Positions 46,560 to 56,340 of a stretch of 64,000 nt of DNA are shown piece by piece (the first letter of the stretch is position 1; the number at the start of each line of letters is the position of its first letter). Both the position numbers and the translations under genes were made by a program. This DNA is from an uncultured Vampirovibrio sp. (GTDB taxonomy: Bacteria; Cyanobacteriota; Vampirovibrionia; Gastranaerophilales; Gastranaerophilaceae): contig CAJTXZ010000011.1 of assembly GCA_910583725.1 (NCBI GenBank), positions 6,219 to 70,218 of the forward strand, written 5' to 3'. Below the pieces are notes generated by a model. That model was not told where the DNA came from. It ran no database searches and worked only from the letters and a program-made list of their open reading frames with translations.

Positions 46560-47195
46560 ATGAAAAAGATTATTATATTTACAATGTTTTTATTCGCTGT
46601 GTTTTTCAGCCTGAACCCTTCGTTTGCGGCAGATAGCAAAAACAAGGTGGCTGTTGAAAGCTTGAGCGATTTTTCGTTTAATCATCAGGTAGATACCGTG
46701 AGACTTAAGGTTTTAGAAAAAAATAAGTTCAAAAACGGTGTAAAGTTTGAAAAAGGCGCCATACTTACAGCAAAGGTGGCAAAGGTTGTAGATGCCAAAA
46801 GGGGCAAAAGAAACGGCTATCTTGTGGTTGACCCCCTAAGCTACACTGTTCCATCAACCGGGGCCTCTGTTCAGATAGATGATGAATATTGGCTTGCAAA
46901 TGTTTTAGGGTATAAACCCTTTGATGCTAAAAGTACTGCAGCAAAGGCAGGTTTATCCGTTGCAGGTTTTTTTGTAAAAGGAATAGGCCAGATTTTTTAT
47001 TTTGGCAAAGGCGTAATTTCACCTGAAGAGGGCGAAGGCCGCCTTAAATCGGGTGCAAAGAATGTGTATGAAAATTCTCCGCTTGCATATATTGAAGAGG
47101 GCGAGGAAGTGGACATAAAAACCGGCGATATACTACTCTTAAAGTTTTACCATGAGGATGTTCCAAAGTGGAAGTTTTGGGAGAGAAACAACTAA
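46560..47195 (+). CDS. secreted hypothetical protein (paralog of the 454..1140 product)
   Basis: Signal peptide MKKIIIFTMFLFAVFFSLNPSFA. KGAILTAKVAKVVDAKRGKRNGYLVV...P.TG aligns with PKGTIIRGSSASITRPKMLSRAAVLYL...APNG in the 454 protein. Confidence 0.6.
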   Translation: MKKIIIFTMFLFAVFFSLNPSFAADSKNKVAVESLSDFSFNHQVDTVRLKVLEKNKFKNGVKFEKGAILTAKVAKVVDAKRGKRNGYLVVDPLSYTVPSTGASVQIDDEYWLANVLGYKPFDAKSTAAKAGLSVAGFFVKGIGQIFYFGKGVISPEEGEGRLKSGAKNVYENSPLAYIEEGEEVDIKTGDILLLKFYHEDVPKWKFWERNN

Positions 47196-47292
47196 TTGTT
47201 TTACTTTAAAAATGTTATGTCTTTATAATAAAAGAATACTGTAGACGTTTGATAAAAATTAAAGAAAAACTTTTATACAAATTTGTTTGAAT

Positions 47293-47316
47293 AAGCCCCA
47301 TAAAGGGGCTTTTTGT
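47293..47316 (+). terminator. intrinsic terminator
   Basis: agcccc ataaa ggggct followed by ttttt. Confidence 0.55.
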
Positions 47317-47587
47317 ATTATGGCACAATGAATGATAGCCATGTTTTATATCATCCTTGCGCCCTAAAGTGTTTTGCAGCTTTTATCTTGCCTTTAATTA
47401 AACGCAGGGCATTTTTAGCTCGCAAAAAATGCTGCAAACGCTGAATTTAAAAAATATGTAAAGTTATGTAACAGTTTTTTGCTTAACTATAAAGTTTAAT
47501 TAAAAAATATCCGATAGCTAAAACATAAGGAACAATAAAAAACTTAAATAAACTTTAAAGAACTTTTAGACGAAGGAGAAACCGGCT

Positions 47588-47953
47588 ATGAACAAAATCA
47601 ATCTTAATCTTTATGCCCTGAATTATCAAAATCAGGTGGAAAAGAAGGCAGGACAAAAGGCGGAAGAAAAACAGGCGCCCATTGAGAATGCGGGCCAAAA
47701 AAAAGCTGAATCCGGAGCAATCCTAGACGCCATGGCGCTTTCAGGCGCTCAAAATATGGCATTTGCAGGTATAAACAAGGTAAACCCTAAAGATTACCTT
47801 GATGATGCTTCAATAGCAAGGATTCAGGCCTCAATGCAAAATTTTACAGGCGCTGTAGAAAATTATACTAGTGCCATTCAGGCAGAACTGCCGGGCATTT
47901 CGGCTAATCAGGCACAGGCACTTGCACTCCGCGCGGTAATGAAGGACGTCTAA
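47588..47953 (+). CDS. hypothetical protein
   Basis: GAAGGAGAA RBS; 121 aa; no domain recognised. Confidence 0.55.
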   Translation: MNKINLNLYALNYQNQVEKKAGQKAEEKQAPIENAGQKKAESGAILDAMALSGAQNMAFAGINKVNPKDYLDDASIARIQASMQNFTGAVENYTSAIQAELPGISANQAQALALRAVMKDV

Positions 47954-48106
47954 AACCCTTGCAATGGTGGTACTTAAACCTTAACGGCAGTTTAAAAAGA
48001 GTAGTTTACAAAAATACATAAAGTCCAAAATCCTTAAAGAACGGGCTTTTAAGCCCAAAAGCTAAATTTCTCCTCCTATATATCTCCATAGTTCTTTAAA
48101 AGTTTT

Positions 48107-48138
48107 CCCTCCTTTTGTTCACAAGGAGGGATTTTTTT
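48107..48138 (+). terminator. intrinsic terminator
   Basis: ccctcctt (48107-14) / aaggaggg (48123-30) followed by a ttttttt run. Confidence 0.5.
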
Positions 48139-48455
48139 AAGCTATAAGCGGGTTTTGGACATATATTGTTATAAAAGCGTGCAAATTTGTAAAACATTTT
48201 TATAATTAACAAGATGACCTAAAGCAGCTATTAGCAATCTTTTTAGATTTCAATGCAGCCAAAAGCCTTATGACTGTTCTCTTTCAGGCATTATGCCCTA
48301 TAAATACATACTTTCAGGCGTTTAAATTATGGATGATTTTCTATGCTAATATGCCTAATATCCTTCTATAATGCACATTTTAGCCTGATTGTCAAAATTA
48401 TATATAAAGGGCAATTGGTAAAATTTGAAAAATTTGCTAAAATCAGGTTATAGAT

Positions 48456-49517
48456 ATGAAAAACAAAAATTTTTATGAAATTTTGGGCCTAAACCCTGAT
48501 GCCACAAAGGATGAAATAAGACTTTCCTTTAGAAAGCTTGTTAGAATCTATCATCCGGATGTAAATAAAACCAAAGAGGCGGAAACTTTTTTCAAAATGT
48601 TGAATAATGCCGTCGAAACGCTGCTTGACGACGCAAAGAGGCTTCAATATGACCGTCTGGCGGGCATTTCTACCTCTCAAAATGACCACGTGCAAAAAAA
48701 TAATAATACGTCTTATCAAAAAAGTGAAACTGATATAAATAATCTTGCTAAAAAATCATCTCAAAACAAGGAGCAGTCTGTATTTTACACTTATAAGACA
48801 GGTAAAAATACTATTAACACTGCTTTTTTAAATAATCAAAACGCCAAAAATACAGAAAGACAAGCACTTCACGCCGATGAAAGCCTTAAAAACCAGTCTA
48901 CAGGCCCGAAACTGGATGGTAAAGACATTGAAACCGTAGTTGAGATATCAAAAACTGAACAAACACGTGGAACAATTAGGAAAATCAATGTTCTTCATAC
49001 TGATAAATGTCCAAAATGCCTGGGGCGCAAGTATATTAACGGCACCATATGCGCTCTTTGCCGCGGTGCAGGGGAAAAGTCAGACCATAAAATAATGAAC
49101 GTGAAGATTCCGGCTGGCATAAAAAACGGCGTAAAGATGAAAATAAAAAATGAGGGCGAGTATGGAAAATTTGGTGGAAAAAATGGCGATTTATATCTTT
49201 TAATAAAAATTTGCGCTGATGTCAATACAAAATATCAAAAAAATGAGGTTGTTTTGGAGGTTGTAATTCCGCCCTGGAAGGCAGTTTTAGGGGGTGAAGC
49301 CGAAATTTTTGTAGAGGGTAAAAATGTTAAGTTTGACGTGCCGCCTTTGACAAAATCCATGACAAGATTTAAACTTAAAGACAGGGCTCAAAAAATGCCG
49401 TCATTGACTCAAGAAGCTGATTATACCGTAGTTTTGAAGGTAGAAATTCCTGAAAACTTAACCGGGCAAGAGGTTTTGCTTTATGAAAAATTGAGGGAAA
49501 TTGACTGGCGAAAGTAG
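48456..49517 (+). CDS. J-domain co-chaperone (DnaJ/CbpA-like, reduced zinc-finger region)
   Basis: NFYEILGL...IYHPDVNK J-domain with HPD. Only two CxxCxG motifs (CPKCLG, CALCRGAG). C-terminal DnaJ-like beta domains. Confidence 0.8.
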   Translation: MKNKNFYEILGLNPDATKDEIRLSFRKLVRIYHPDVNKTKEAETFFKMLNNAVETLLDDAKRLQYDRLAGISTSQNDHVQKNNNTSYQKSETDINNLAKKSSQNKEQSVFYTYKTGKNTINTAFLNNQNAKNTERQALHADESLKNQSTGPKLDGKDIETVVEISKTEQTRGTIRKINVLHTDKCPKCLGRKYINGTICALCRGAGEKSDHKIMNVKIPAGIKNGVKMKIKNEGEYGKFGGKNGDLYLLIKICADVNTKYQKNEVVLEVVIPPWKAVLGGEAEIFVEGKNVKFDVPPLTKSMTRFKLKDRAQKMPSLTQEADYTVVLKVEIPENLTGQEVLLYEKLREIDWRK

Positions 49518-49568
49518 TTTTTAAATAGGCAAAAACCAGCACAGCTAGAGGATTTTAAGGAAAAGATT

Positions 49569-50237
49569 TTGGAGAAAACTTGTAAAATAGCAGAAATTTT
49601 TGAATCAATTCAGGGAGAAGGATTAAATATCGGTGAAAAACACCTGTTTGTAAGACTTTTTGGGTGCAACCTGGCGTGTGATTACTGTGATACAAGGCTT
49701 TCGGATGATACAAAATCTGTAATTCTTACAAAATCAGCACTTTACGACGAGATAAAAAGCTATAGCGCAGAAATAATAAGCTTTACAGGGGGTGAGCCGC
49801 TTTTGCAGTCAGAGTTTTTGGCTGATTTTTTAAAAGAATATAAAGGCTCAATGAAGAAAAAAATATACTTGGAAACCAATGGCAGCCTGCCATACAGGCT
49901 TCGCGATGTCATTGATTATGTTGACATAGTTGCAATGGATATAAAACTGGAATCTGCAACAGGCCAAAAAAATGACTTTGCAGTAAATGACGAATTTCTG
50001 CTTGTAGCAAGGGATAGCAGGGTTTTTGCCAAAGTGGTTTTTGATGAAAATATAACAGATAAAGAAATTTCTGAATTGGCGAATTTGGGGCTAAAGCATG
50101 GCATTGAAATTATTTTACAGCCCAAAATGCCAATAGCTGAAACCCTTGATATACCTGGAGTTTTTCAAAAATTATACGAAAAATATAAAAGAATCCGCCT
50201 CGTTCCGCAGATGCATAAATTTTTAAATCTGCCGTAA
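49569..50237 (+). CDS. queE: 7-carboxy-7-deazaguanine synthase (radical SAM)
   Basis: IAEIFESIQGEG and the radical-SAM cluster GCNLACDYCDT. TTG start preceded by AAGGAAAAG. Confidence 0.85.
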   Translation: MEKTCKIAEIFESIQGEGLNIGEKHLFVRLFGCNLACDYCDTRLSDDTKSVILTKSALYDEIKSYSAEIISFTGGEPLLQSEFLADFLKEYKGSMKKKIYLETNGSLPYRLRDVIDYVDIVAMDIKLESATGQKNDFAVNDEFLLVARDSRVFAKVVFDENITDKEISELANLGLKHGIEIILQPKMPIAETLDIPGVFQKLYEKYKRIRLVPQMHKFLNLP

Positions 50238-50499
50238 TCCGCTGTATTTATTATTTTTGCTGGTTTATTACTCTAAAAAATCAGATATATCGGCCATTTT
50301 GCATATATTATATAGCTAAAATCCGCTCATAGACTAATTTTTACGTTTAAAAAAATTAAGGCGGCAAAATTTTCACTGTGAAATTGCATAGCCCCAAAAT
50401 CATTATAGCACAAGGATTTATGGCATATTCACGCTGCAAAATGATGCAAAATGTGCGCAAAAAAAGGCATACAAGGGTATCAAAATGCATAAATTCTAT

Positions 50500-52245
50500 C
50501 TATGACTGTGTTCTAAACTTATTTTTAATCTGATATTCAGTATCCTTAATGCCGCGCGCGTCTTTGCTTGCCCTGAAAAGCTTTAATTTCGCCTCATACA
50601 GCACCCTTTCATCCGGATATTTGCTTATGCCCTCATCCAAAATTTTTATGGCATGGTTTGTATTTTTTTTGTCGAAATAAATTGTTGAAAAATCCAGATA
50701 ATCCTGTACAGTCCTTGGTTTCAGGCTTGCAATCGCCTCAATTTCCTTTGTGTATGAATTATTTTTGCCAAGGCTCTTATAGGCCTGCGCCAGGTTATAC
50801 AGGTATATCGCCCTCTTAGGGTCAAGGTCTCTGGCCTTTTTGAACATATAAATTGCCTTGTCCGTATCAAAATTTTTATACTGAATAAGCCCTAAATAAT
50901 TATATATATCAGCCTCTAAATCAAACCCTAAATCCAGGTCCATAGCCTTTTTAAAGGCATTTTCAGCAGATGAATAATCCTCATTGTGAAAATAAATTTT
51001 ACCAAGTTCAAAATAATAATTATGATTTTCATTTTGCCTCAAAGCCTCTAATAGATAGGTTTTTGCCTCTGCAAAATTTGCATTTGCAACACAGATTTTA
51101 GCAAGGTAATAAAGCATATCAGGGTTTTTGGTACCATTTTTTTCTGCGGTTGAAGCTTTCCTTAAAACCTTTATCCCGTCTGATAAATTGCCCTCTTCGA
51201 CATAGCTTATTCCAAGCCCCATAAGCGCTTCAAAGAAATTTCCGTCAATCAATACAGCATTTTTGAAATTTTCATTGGCAAGCGCGTACTCTTTGTTTTT
51301 AAGGTAAAAATTTCCAAGCTCTAAATAGGCGTATTTACTGTTGGGGTTTACTTTTACAGCCTTTTGCAGGTATTTTTCAGCCTTATCGTTTGAGGATTTT
51401 TTGCCCTCATCCTTTAACATCTCAAGCTTTGCAAGGTTTATATAAGTTAAATTAAAATTTTTATCCGCCGCAATTGCTTTGTTCAGGGCCTTTTTGGCGT
51501 TTTCAAAATCATTAAGCTTCATATAGGCTGAGGCCATATTATTATATACAGCAGGGTTTTTGGGCTCCATTTCGGCGGCCTTGATAAAATATTTAAGTGC
51601 ACCCTTAATGTCTGCTGAATAGTAGTTTTCAAGCCCCTTTATGTTGTAATAATCATAATTATATTCTGGCACCTTTGTTACGTTTAATTTTTTTGCCCAA
51701 ATGGAATTTATCAGACTGTTATCCACCATTAGAGCCTTTTTAAAGTATATTTTTGCCTGGTTAATATTGTTTTGTTTGTAGTAAATTTTTGTTTTTAAAA
51801 TGAAAGCATTTGCGCTGTTTGGGTTTACCTTAAGCATCAAATCAGCATATTGAAGGCTTTTTTTATAATCGCCGTTGTCAAAATACATATTTGCCATATC
51901 AAGGTAATCATCCTCAGCAGAAACATCATAGCTGCTTGCGGGCGAAACGCTTATCTTTTCAAGGTTTGGGCTTAATTCGTATGCTTTTTGCAGGTGAATT
52001 GACGATTTTTTCATTTGATTAAGATTTTTGTAGCAAAGCCCAAGGTAATAATGCCCGTCAGAATCATTGGGGTTGCTTTTTACATATCCCGCAAAGAATT
52101 TCAGGGCATCTTCATATTTTTTTTGGTTCATAAGCTCAATGCCGTTATTCAAATTCCAATTAGGATTTGAAAAACTTTGCCCCTGAAAGCCAAGCATCAC
52201 AAGCATTATAAAAAATATTACAATTTTTTTGTTTAATCTTTTCAT
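50500..52245 (-). CDS. TPR-repeat protein (signal/anchor at N-terminus)
   Basis: Many ~34-aa TPR-like units (e.g. ALKFFAGYVKSNPNDSDGHYYLGLCY, AEKYLQKAVKVNPNSKYAYLELGNFY). 4-nt overlap with tmk. Confidence 0.8.
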   Translation of the reverse strand: MKRLNKKIVIFFIMLVMLGFQGQSFSNPNWNLNNGIELMNQKKYEDALKFFAGYVKSNPNDSDGHYYLGLCYKNLNQMKKSSIHLQKAYELSPNLEKISVSPASSYDVSAEDDYLDMANMYFDNGDYKKSLQYADLMLKVNPNSANAFILKTKIYYKQNNINQAKIYFKKALMVDNSLINSIWAKKLNVTKVPEYNYDYYNIKGLENYYSADIKGALKYFIKAAEMEPKNPAVYNNMASAYMKLNDFENAKKALNKAIAADKNFNLTYINLAKLEMLKDEGKKSSNDKAEKYLQKAVKVNPNSKYAYLELGNFYLKNKEYALANENFKNAVLIDGNFFEALMGLGISYVEEGNLSDGIKVLRKASTAEKNGTKNPDMLYYLAKICVANANFAEAKTYLLEALRQNENHNYYFELGKIYFHNEDYSSAENAFKKAMDLDLGFDLEADIYNYLGLIQYKNFDTDKAIYMFKKARDLDPKRAIYLYNLAQAYKSLGKNNSYTKEIEAIASLKPRTVQDYLDFSTIYFDKKNTNHAIKILDEGISKYPDERVLYEAKLKLFRASKDARGIKDTEYQIKNKFRTQS

Positions 52246-52862
52246 AAATTTAAAAATTCCCTGATTATTTTAATGGTGTCATTAAAAACCTGCTCTATAT
52301 CTTGATTTGCATCCACTACCTTTACCCTTTTAGGCTCATGCTTTGCTATATCAAGATATCCCGCCCTTAATTTTTTGTGAAATTCCATTCCTTCGGCCTC
52401 AAGCCTGTCCTTTTCCCCTTTGAGCCTCTTTTGCGCGGTTTCAGAGTCAACATCAAATACAATTGTTAAATCAGGCAAAATGCCATTTATAGCTATATTA
52501 TTCAGTCTTTTTATTGTTTCTAAATCCTGATTTCTGCCATAGCCCTGATATGCCAGAGTTGAATCAGTGTGCCTGTCGCAGAGGACAATTTTGCCCTCTT
52601 CCAGTGCGGGTTTGATTTTGTATTCAATGTGCTGGGCCCTGTCTGCAAGGTATAGGAAGGTTTCTGCTATATTTGAAACGGGTTTTTCATAGTGCAAAAG
52701 AATTTTTCTTAAATGCACCCCGAGCTCTGAGCCGCCAGGCTCCCTTGTTAGAATGTTTTCAACATTTTTATCATCAAGATATTTTTTAATAAGCTCTGCC
52801 TGCGTTGTTTTTCCGCAACCATCTGCCCCTTCAAATGTTATAAAATATCCTCTTTTGCTCAT
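52242..52862 (-). CDS. tmk: thymidylate kinase
   Basis: P-loop FITFEGADGCGKTTQ, LADR motif, 206 aa from the internal ATG. The longer 52934 start adds a non-homologous extension. Confidence 0.9.
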   Translation of the reverse strand: MSKRGYFITFEGADGCGKTTQAELIKKYLDDKNVENILTREPGGSELGVHLRKILLHYEKPVSNIAETFLYLADRAQHIEYKIKPALEEGKIVLCDRHTDSTLAYQGYGRNQDLETIKRLNNIAINGILPDLTIVFDVDSETAQKRLKGEKDRLEAEGMEFHKKLRAGYLDIAKHEPKRVKVVDANQDIEQVFNDTIKIIREFLNL

Positions 52863-52975
52863 ACTGTAAAAAATTCCATTATATTCAACTATTCTAATAA
52901 TATTAGATTTTTTGATAAAATGCAAAAAAGTCATTCTGTGTAATATTATAGATTTTTTGGTGTAAATCCGGGATA

Positions 52976-53162
52976 TATTAATTTTGTATTTTGATTGAAT
53001 TTTATTATTGGTTTCCCTTTTTTCTTGTAATGGAAGTCCATATGTATAAAAAAGAGCGTTCTAAATAAGTTTCCTGTCAAGTGAAACTTATCCCGCTCTT
53101 TTTTATACATATGGACTGGAATGAAAAGAAAACATTTAACTGGCAAGTGTAAAATTAAGTGT
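52976..53162 (+). repeat. extended-hairpin dispersed element, copy C
   Basis: CTTGTAATGGAAGTCC flank and a perfect 23-bp stem 53036-53058 / 53094-53116. Inner hairpin aagtttc/gaaactt. GGAATGAAAAGAAAACATTTAACTGGCAAGTGTAAAATT 3' block. Confidence 0.8.
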
Positions 53163-53420
53163 AATCACCGTAACAAGCTTATATTGGGCCAAAAGGAAAA
53201 CGCCATGCTAAAAATATTCCCATAAATAGTTTTTGCTCCATTAGGAATAATGAGTTTTATTACAATTTCTTCAAAATTGTAAAGATAAAACAGAAACTTG
53301 TAGTTTTTTAAAAAATTTAATTTATAATATTGTAGTAAGATAGATAATAAAATTTGTCTTAAAAAACGGATGACATAAAAGTTACCACATACGTTAAACA
53401 CTTGGCGAGAAGGATTTGCA

Positions 53421-54107
53421 GTGGAAAATTTTGAAGTTAAGCAGGAAGATATTAATCAGATGGAAGAAATTATAAGCGCAGGGCAGCTTTTGAAGATTTT
53501 AAATTCAAACCCGAAAGAGGTTTCAACGCTCTGCCAAAAGGCTTGCCTAAAGCCAAAAAAGGATGGTTTTGGAAATATTTACTTTTCAAAAGATGACATT
53601 GATGTGCTAAAGAAAGTAAAAGAGCTTTATAAACACACAAAAGAACTGCAGGAAGAAAAGAAGCGCGCTGTTGAAGAGGCAGTGAAAAAAATGGCACTTG
53701 AAAAAGAGTTTGCGCAGGAAGAAGTAAACAATCAAGATAATTTATATAAGAATGCAAAAGAAAATAATTTCCTTCAAAAAATGAAACATAAGGCCCAAAA
53801 ACACGAAATGATGTTTGATGAAGAAGAAAATATGCCTGCTGTTGTTAAAAGTACTCCAGCAAGAAGTATTGAAGCCCTTGAAAACAATATAGTTGAGAGG
53901 ATTTCAAAAGTTTTAAGCGAAAAAATGGACGGCCTTGATGAAATCGTTGTCGAATTAATTAGAACAAAGACTGAAAATGAAACCCTGAGACAGAAGCTGA
54001 ACGAATTAAATAAAGAAAATTTCACCCTGAAAGGTGAAAATGCAAGCTATAAGGCTGTTGGTCTCGGTTTTTATGTAAAGAAAAATACTGACGATTTTAT
54101 GATGTAA
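53421..54107 (+). CDS. hypothetical coiled-coil protein with a possible MerR-like N-terminal HTH
   Basis: ISAGQLLKILNSNPKEVSTLCQK...YFSKDDIDVLKKVKELY resembles a MerR HTH. The rest is Glu/Lys-rich coiled coil. GTG start is uncertain. Confidence 0.5.
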   Translation: MENFEVKQEDINQMEEIISAGQLLKILNSNPKEVSTLCQKACLKPKKDGFGNIYFSKDDIDVLKKVKELYKHTKELQEEKKRAVEEAVKKMALEKEFAQEEVNNQDNLYKNAKENNFLQKMKHKAQKHEMMFDEEENMPAVVKSTPARSIEALENNIVERISKVLSEKMDGLDEIVVELIRTKTENETLRQKLNELNKENFTLKGENASYKAVGLGFYVKKNTDDFMM

Positions 54108-54256
54108 AATTTATTCAGGCTGTTTGTTTCTAATCAGGCTTGCTTTTAATTATGCCCAAGGCTATTGTTTAGACACCTGTGTTTTGAGCCTGAAAGACAC
54201 TTAGCTGCTGGTTTTTAAACAAAATAGGGCTTAATAAACTTAAATAAAGAGGAATT

Positions 54257-56245
54257 ATGAGCACCATATTGAGGAATTTTTATCACAATTTACGTGAACC
54301 CATAATTATTTGCGACTTTTCCTCTGATGATGAAACAATTTCTCAAAAAACTGATTTTGAGCATACTTTAAGCCGGGCCGATACGAAAAATGCCTGCAGC
54401 CTTCAAAATGTGGCCTGCAATGAAAACGCTGCTATCTCATCTGCTGTTCCGATTAAGATAAAAAATGTCAGAAATAATAAACTTTCAAATATAAACGGCA
54501 TATATTTTAATAAGGCATTTAGGAACATCTTTTCTGATATTTTTATTGAAAATGAAGAGTCTGATGATACCCTGAAATCCTTAAAAAAGCTTGATTATAA
54601 GTTTTATTTTGACCTGTGTCTTATCGAAAGTGAAAAATTAAAGACATATTCACCCCTGATAGATGCTATAGAATCACACGGAAACCTTTGCCTATACGGG
54701 CTTTACCAAAAGAGCGAGCGGGAATTTTTATATTTTTTGATACAGGCATTTTCACTAAAAAAATACCGAATTCTTTATTTTTATGACATCACAAAAGAAA
54801 CTATGCTTGAGAGGCTCACCTCTGAAAATGAAAGGCTAAAAATTCAAAATCAGGAATTTTTAAACACTAATTCAAAGGCGCAGAACCAGGCTGTAAAAAT
54901 GGCCCTTTTGAACCGCATTTCAACCAGTATTTCAAAAACCATTGACCTTAATAATATGATAAATACTGCGCTTAATGAACTCGGTATTATTTTTGGCGCA
55001 AGGAAAGTTTATTTTGCAAAAAGGCTGCAAAGCCCGGATGGCGAGGCATTTGAGGTTGAATATATTCATTCAAACCAAAAAAATGACGAAGAAAAATTTA
55101 AAGGTCAAATATTAAGATATGACACCATAACGACCGATGAAATTTTAGATAACAAAATTTCAATCTCTGTGTGCCTGAAAGAATTCGAAAACGCTAAAGA
55201 ACCAATGAAGGTGCCAAATACAAGGATAATTATTCCTATAATAAACAAGGAGAATTTAATTGCAATAGTAGTAATCCTTACACCCAAAAAACACATTGAA
55301 GATATTGAAAAAGAGCTTATACTGGGTGTTTCAATGCAAATCTCAAGTGCTATAACGCAAGCTATGTTGTTTAAAGCTGTTTCCGATAAAAAAGAAGAGC
55401 TTGAAAATGCGCTTACAGAGCTAAAAGAGACCCAATTGCAGCTTATAAATTCTGAAAAAATGGCCTCTTTGGGTCAATTAATCGCATCTGTTGCGCATGA
55501 GATAAACACGCCCCTTGCAAGTATTTGCGCCAACAATGAGATTACAAAAAGGTTCTTTGAAAAGAATACAGCCTTTGATAATGATACAATTGAAATTCTG
55601 AAAGACACTAATTCTATTGACACTGAAGCCATTAAGAGGATTACAAACCTTGTGCAGTCTCTAAAAAGATTTGTTCGTCTTGATGAAATGACAAGCCAGA
55701 GTGCTAATATCAATGAAGAACTGGATTTAACCTTGAATTTATTGAGGCACAAGCTTAAAAAAGATATTAAGCTTGTAAAAAATTATGGCGATATTCCGCT
55801 TGTTGAGTGCTATCCTAATATGCTAAACCAGGTATTTTTGAATATTTTGATGAACGCTATCCAAAGTATAGAAAAACAAGCAGGGATTGAAAATGCAGGC
55901 CTCAGTGGTACAAAAACCGCTTGCAGTGTGCTTGGCGGTGCTGATAAAGGGGCCCTGGGGGCTTATCTTGGTGAAATCATTATATCAACAGAAATTATAG
56001 ATAATATGCTTGTTGTAAAAATTGAGGATAATGGTGCCGGCATAAAAGATGAAGATAAAAAGAAGATTTTTCAGGCAGGTTTTACCACAAAAAAGGTTGG
56101 AGAAGGCACAGGCCTTGGCCTTGCAATATGTAAAAAAATAATAGAAAAGCACAATGGCGAAATAACTTTTGATTCAAAAAGCTATAAAACAAAAGAAGGT
56201 AAAATCGCAAAAAGCACACTGTTTGAAATAAAATTACCTGTATAA
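54257..56245 (+). CDS. cytoplasmic sensor histidine kinase with a GAF-like domain
   Basis: H-box ASVAHEINTPLASI, N-box LNQVFLNILMNAIQS, G-boxes EDNGAGI and GTGLGLAICKKIIEKHNG. No TM segments. Confidence 0.85.
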   Translation: MSTILRNFYHNLREPIIICDFSSDDETISQKTDFEHTLSRADTKNACSLQNVACNENAAISSAVPIKIKNVRNNKLSNINGIYFNKAFRNIFSDIFIENEESDDTLKSLKKLDYKFYFDLCLIESEKLKTYSPLIDAIESHGNLCLYGLYQKSEREFLYFLIQAFSLKKYRILYFYDITKETMLERLTSENERLKIQNQEFLNTNSKAQNQAVKMALLNRISTSISKTIDLNNMINTALNELGIIFGARKVYFAKRLQSPDGEAFEVEYIHSNQKNDEEKFKGQILRYDTITTDEILDNKISISVCLKEFENAKEPMKVPNTRIIIPIINKENLIAIVVILTPKKHIEDIEKELILGVSMQISSAITQAMLFKAVSDKKEELENALTELKETQLQLINSEKMASLGQLIASVAHEINTPLASICANNEITKRFFEKNTAFDNDTIEILKDTNSIDTEAIKRITNLVQSLKRFVRLDEMTSQSANINEELDLTLNLLRHKLKKDIKLVKNYGDIPLVECYPNMLNQVFLNILMNAIQSIEKQAGIENAGLSGTKTACSVLGGADKGALGAYLGEIIISTEIIDNMLVVKIEDNGAGIKDEDKKKIFQAGFTTKKVGEGTGLGLAICKKIIEKHNGEITFDSKSYKTKEGKIAKSTLFEIKLPV

Positions 56246-56340
56246 TGCATAAACCCTTTGTCACACCCGTCTTTTTGTGTGTCTGATACACATCTTGAAT
56301 ATTTACCGGCGCAAATTCCATCCGCCAATTGTCTTAAACC

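Noticed and set aside
29731-53162. The idea that the three hairpin elements are a CRISPR array, integron attC sites or hammerhead/twister-type ribozymes
   Set aside because: The copies are 10-12 kb apart and not arrayed, and there are no cas or intI genes. I could not find the attC R''/R' (RYYYAAC/GTTRRRY) cores or the hammerhead CUGAUGA...GAAA core. I left it as an unclassified structured repeat.
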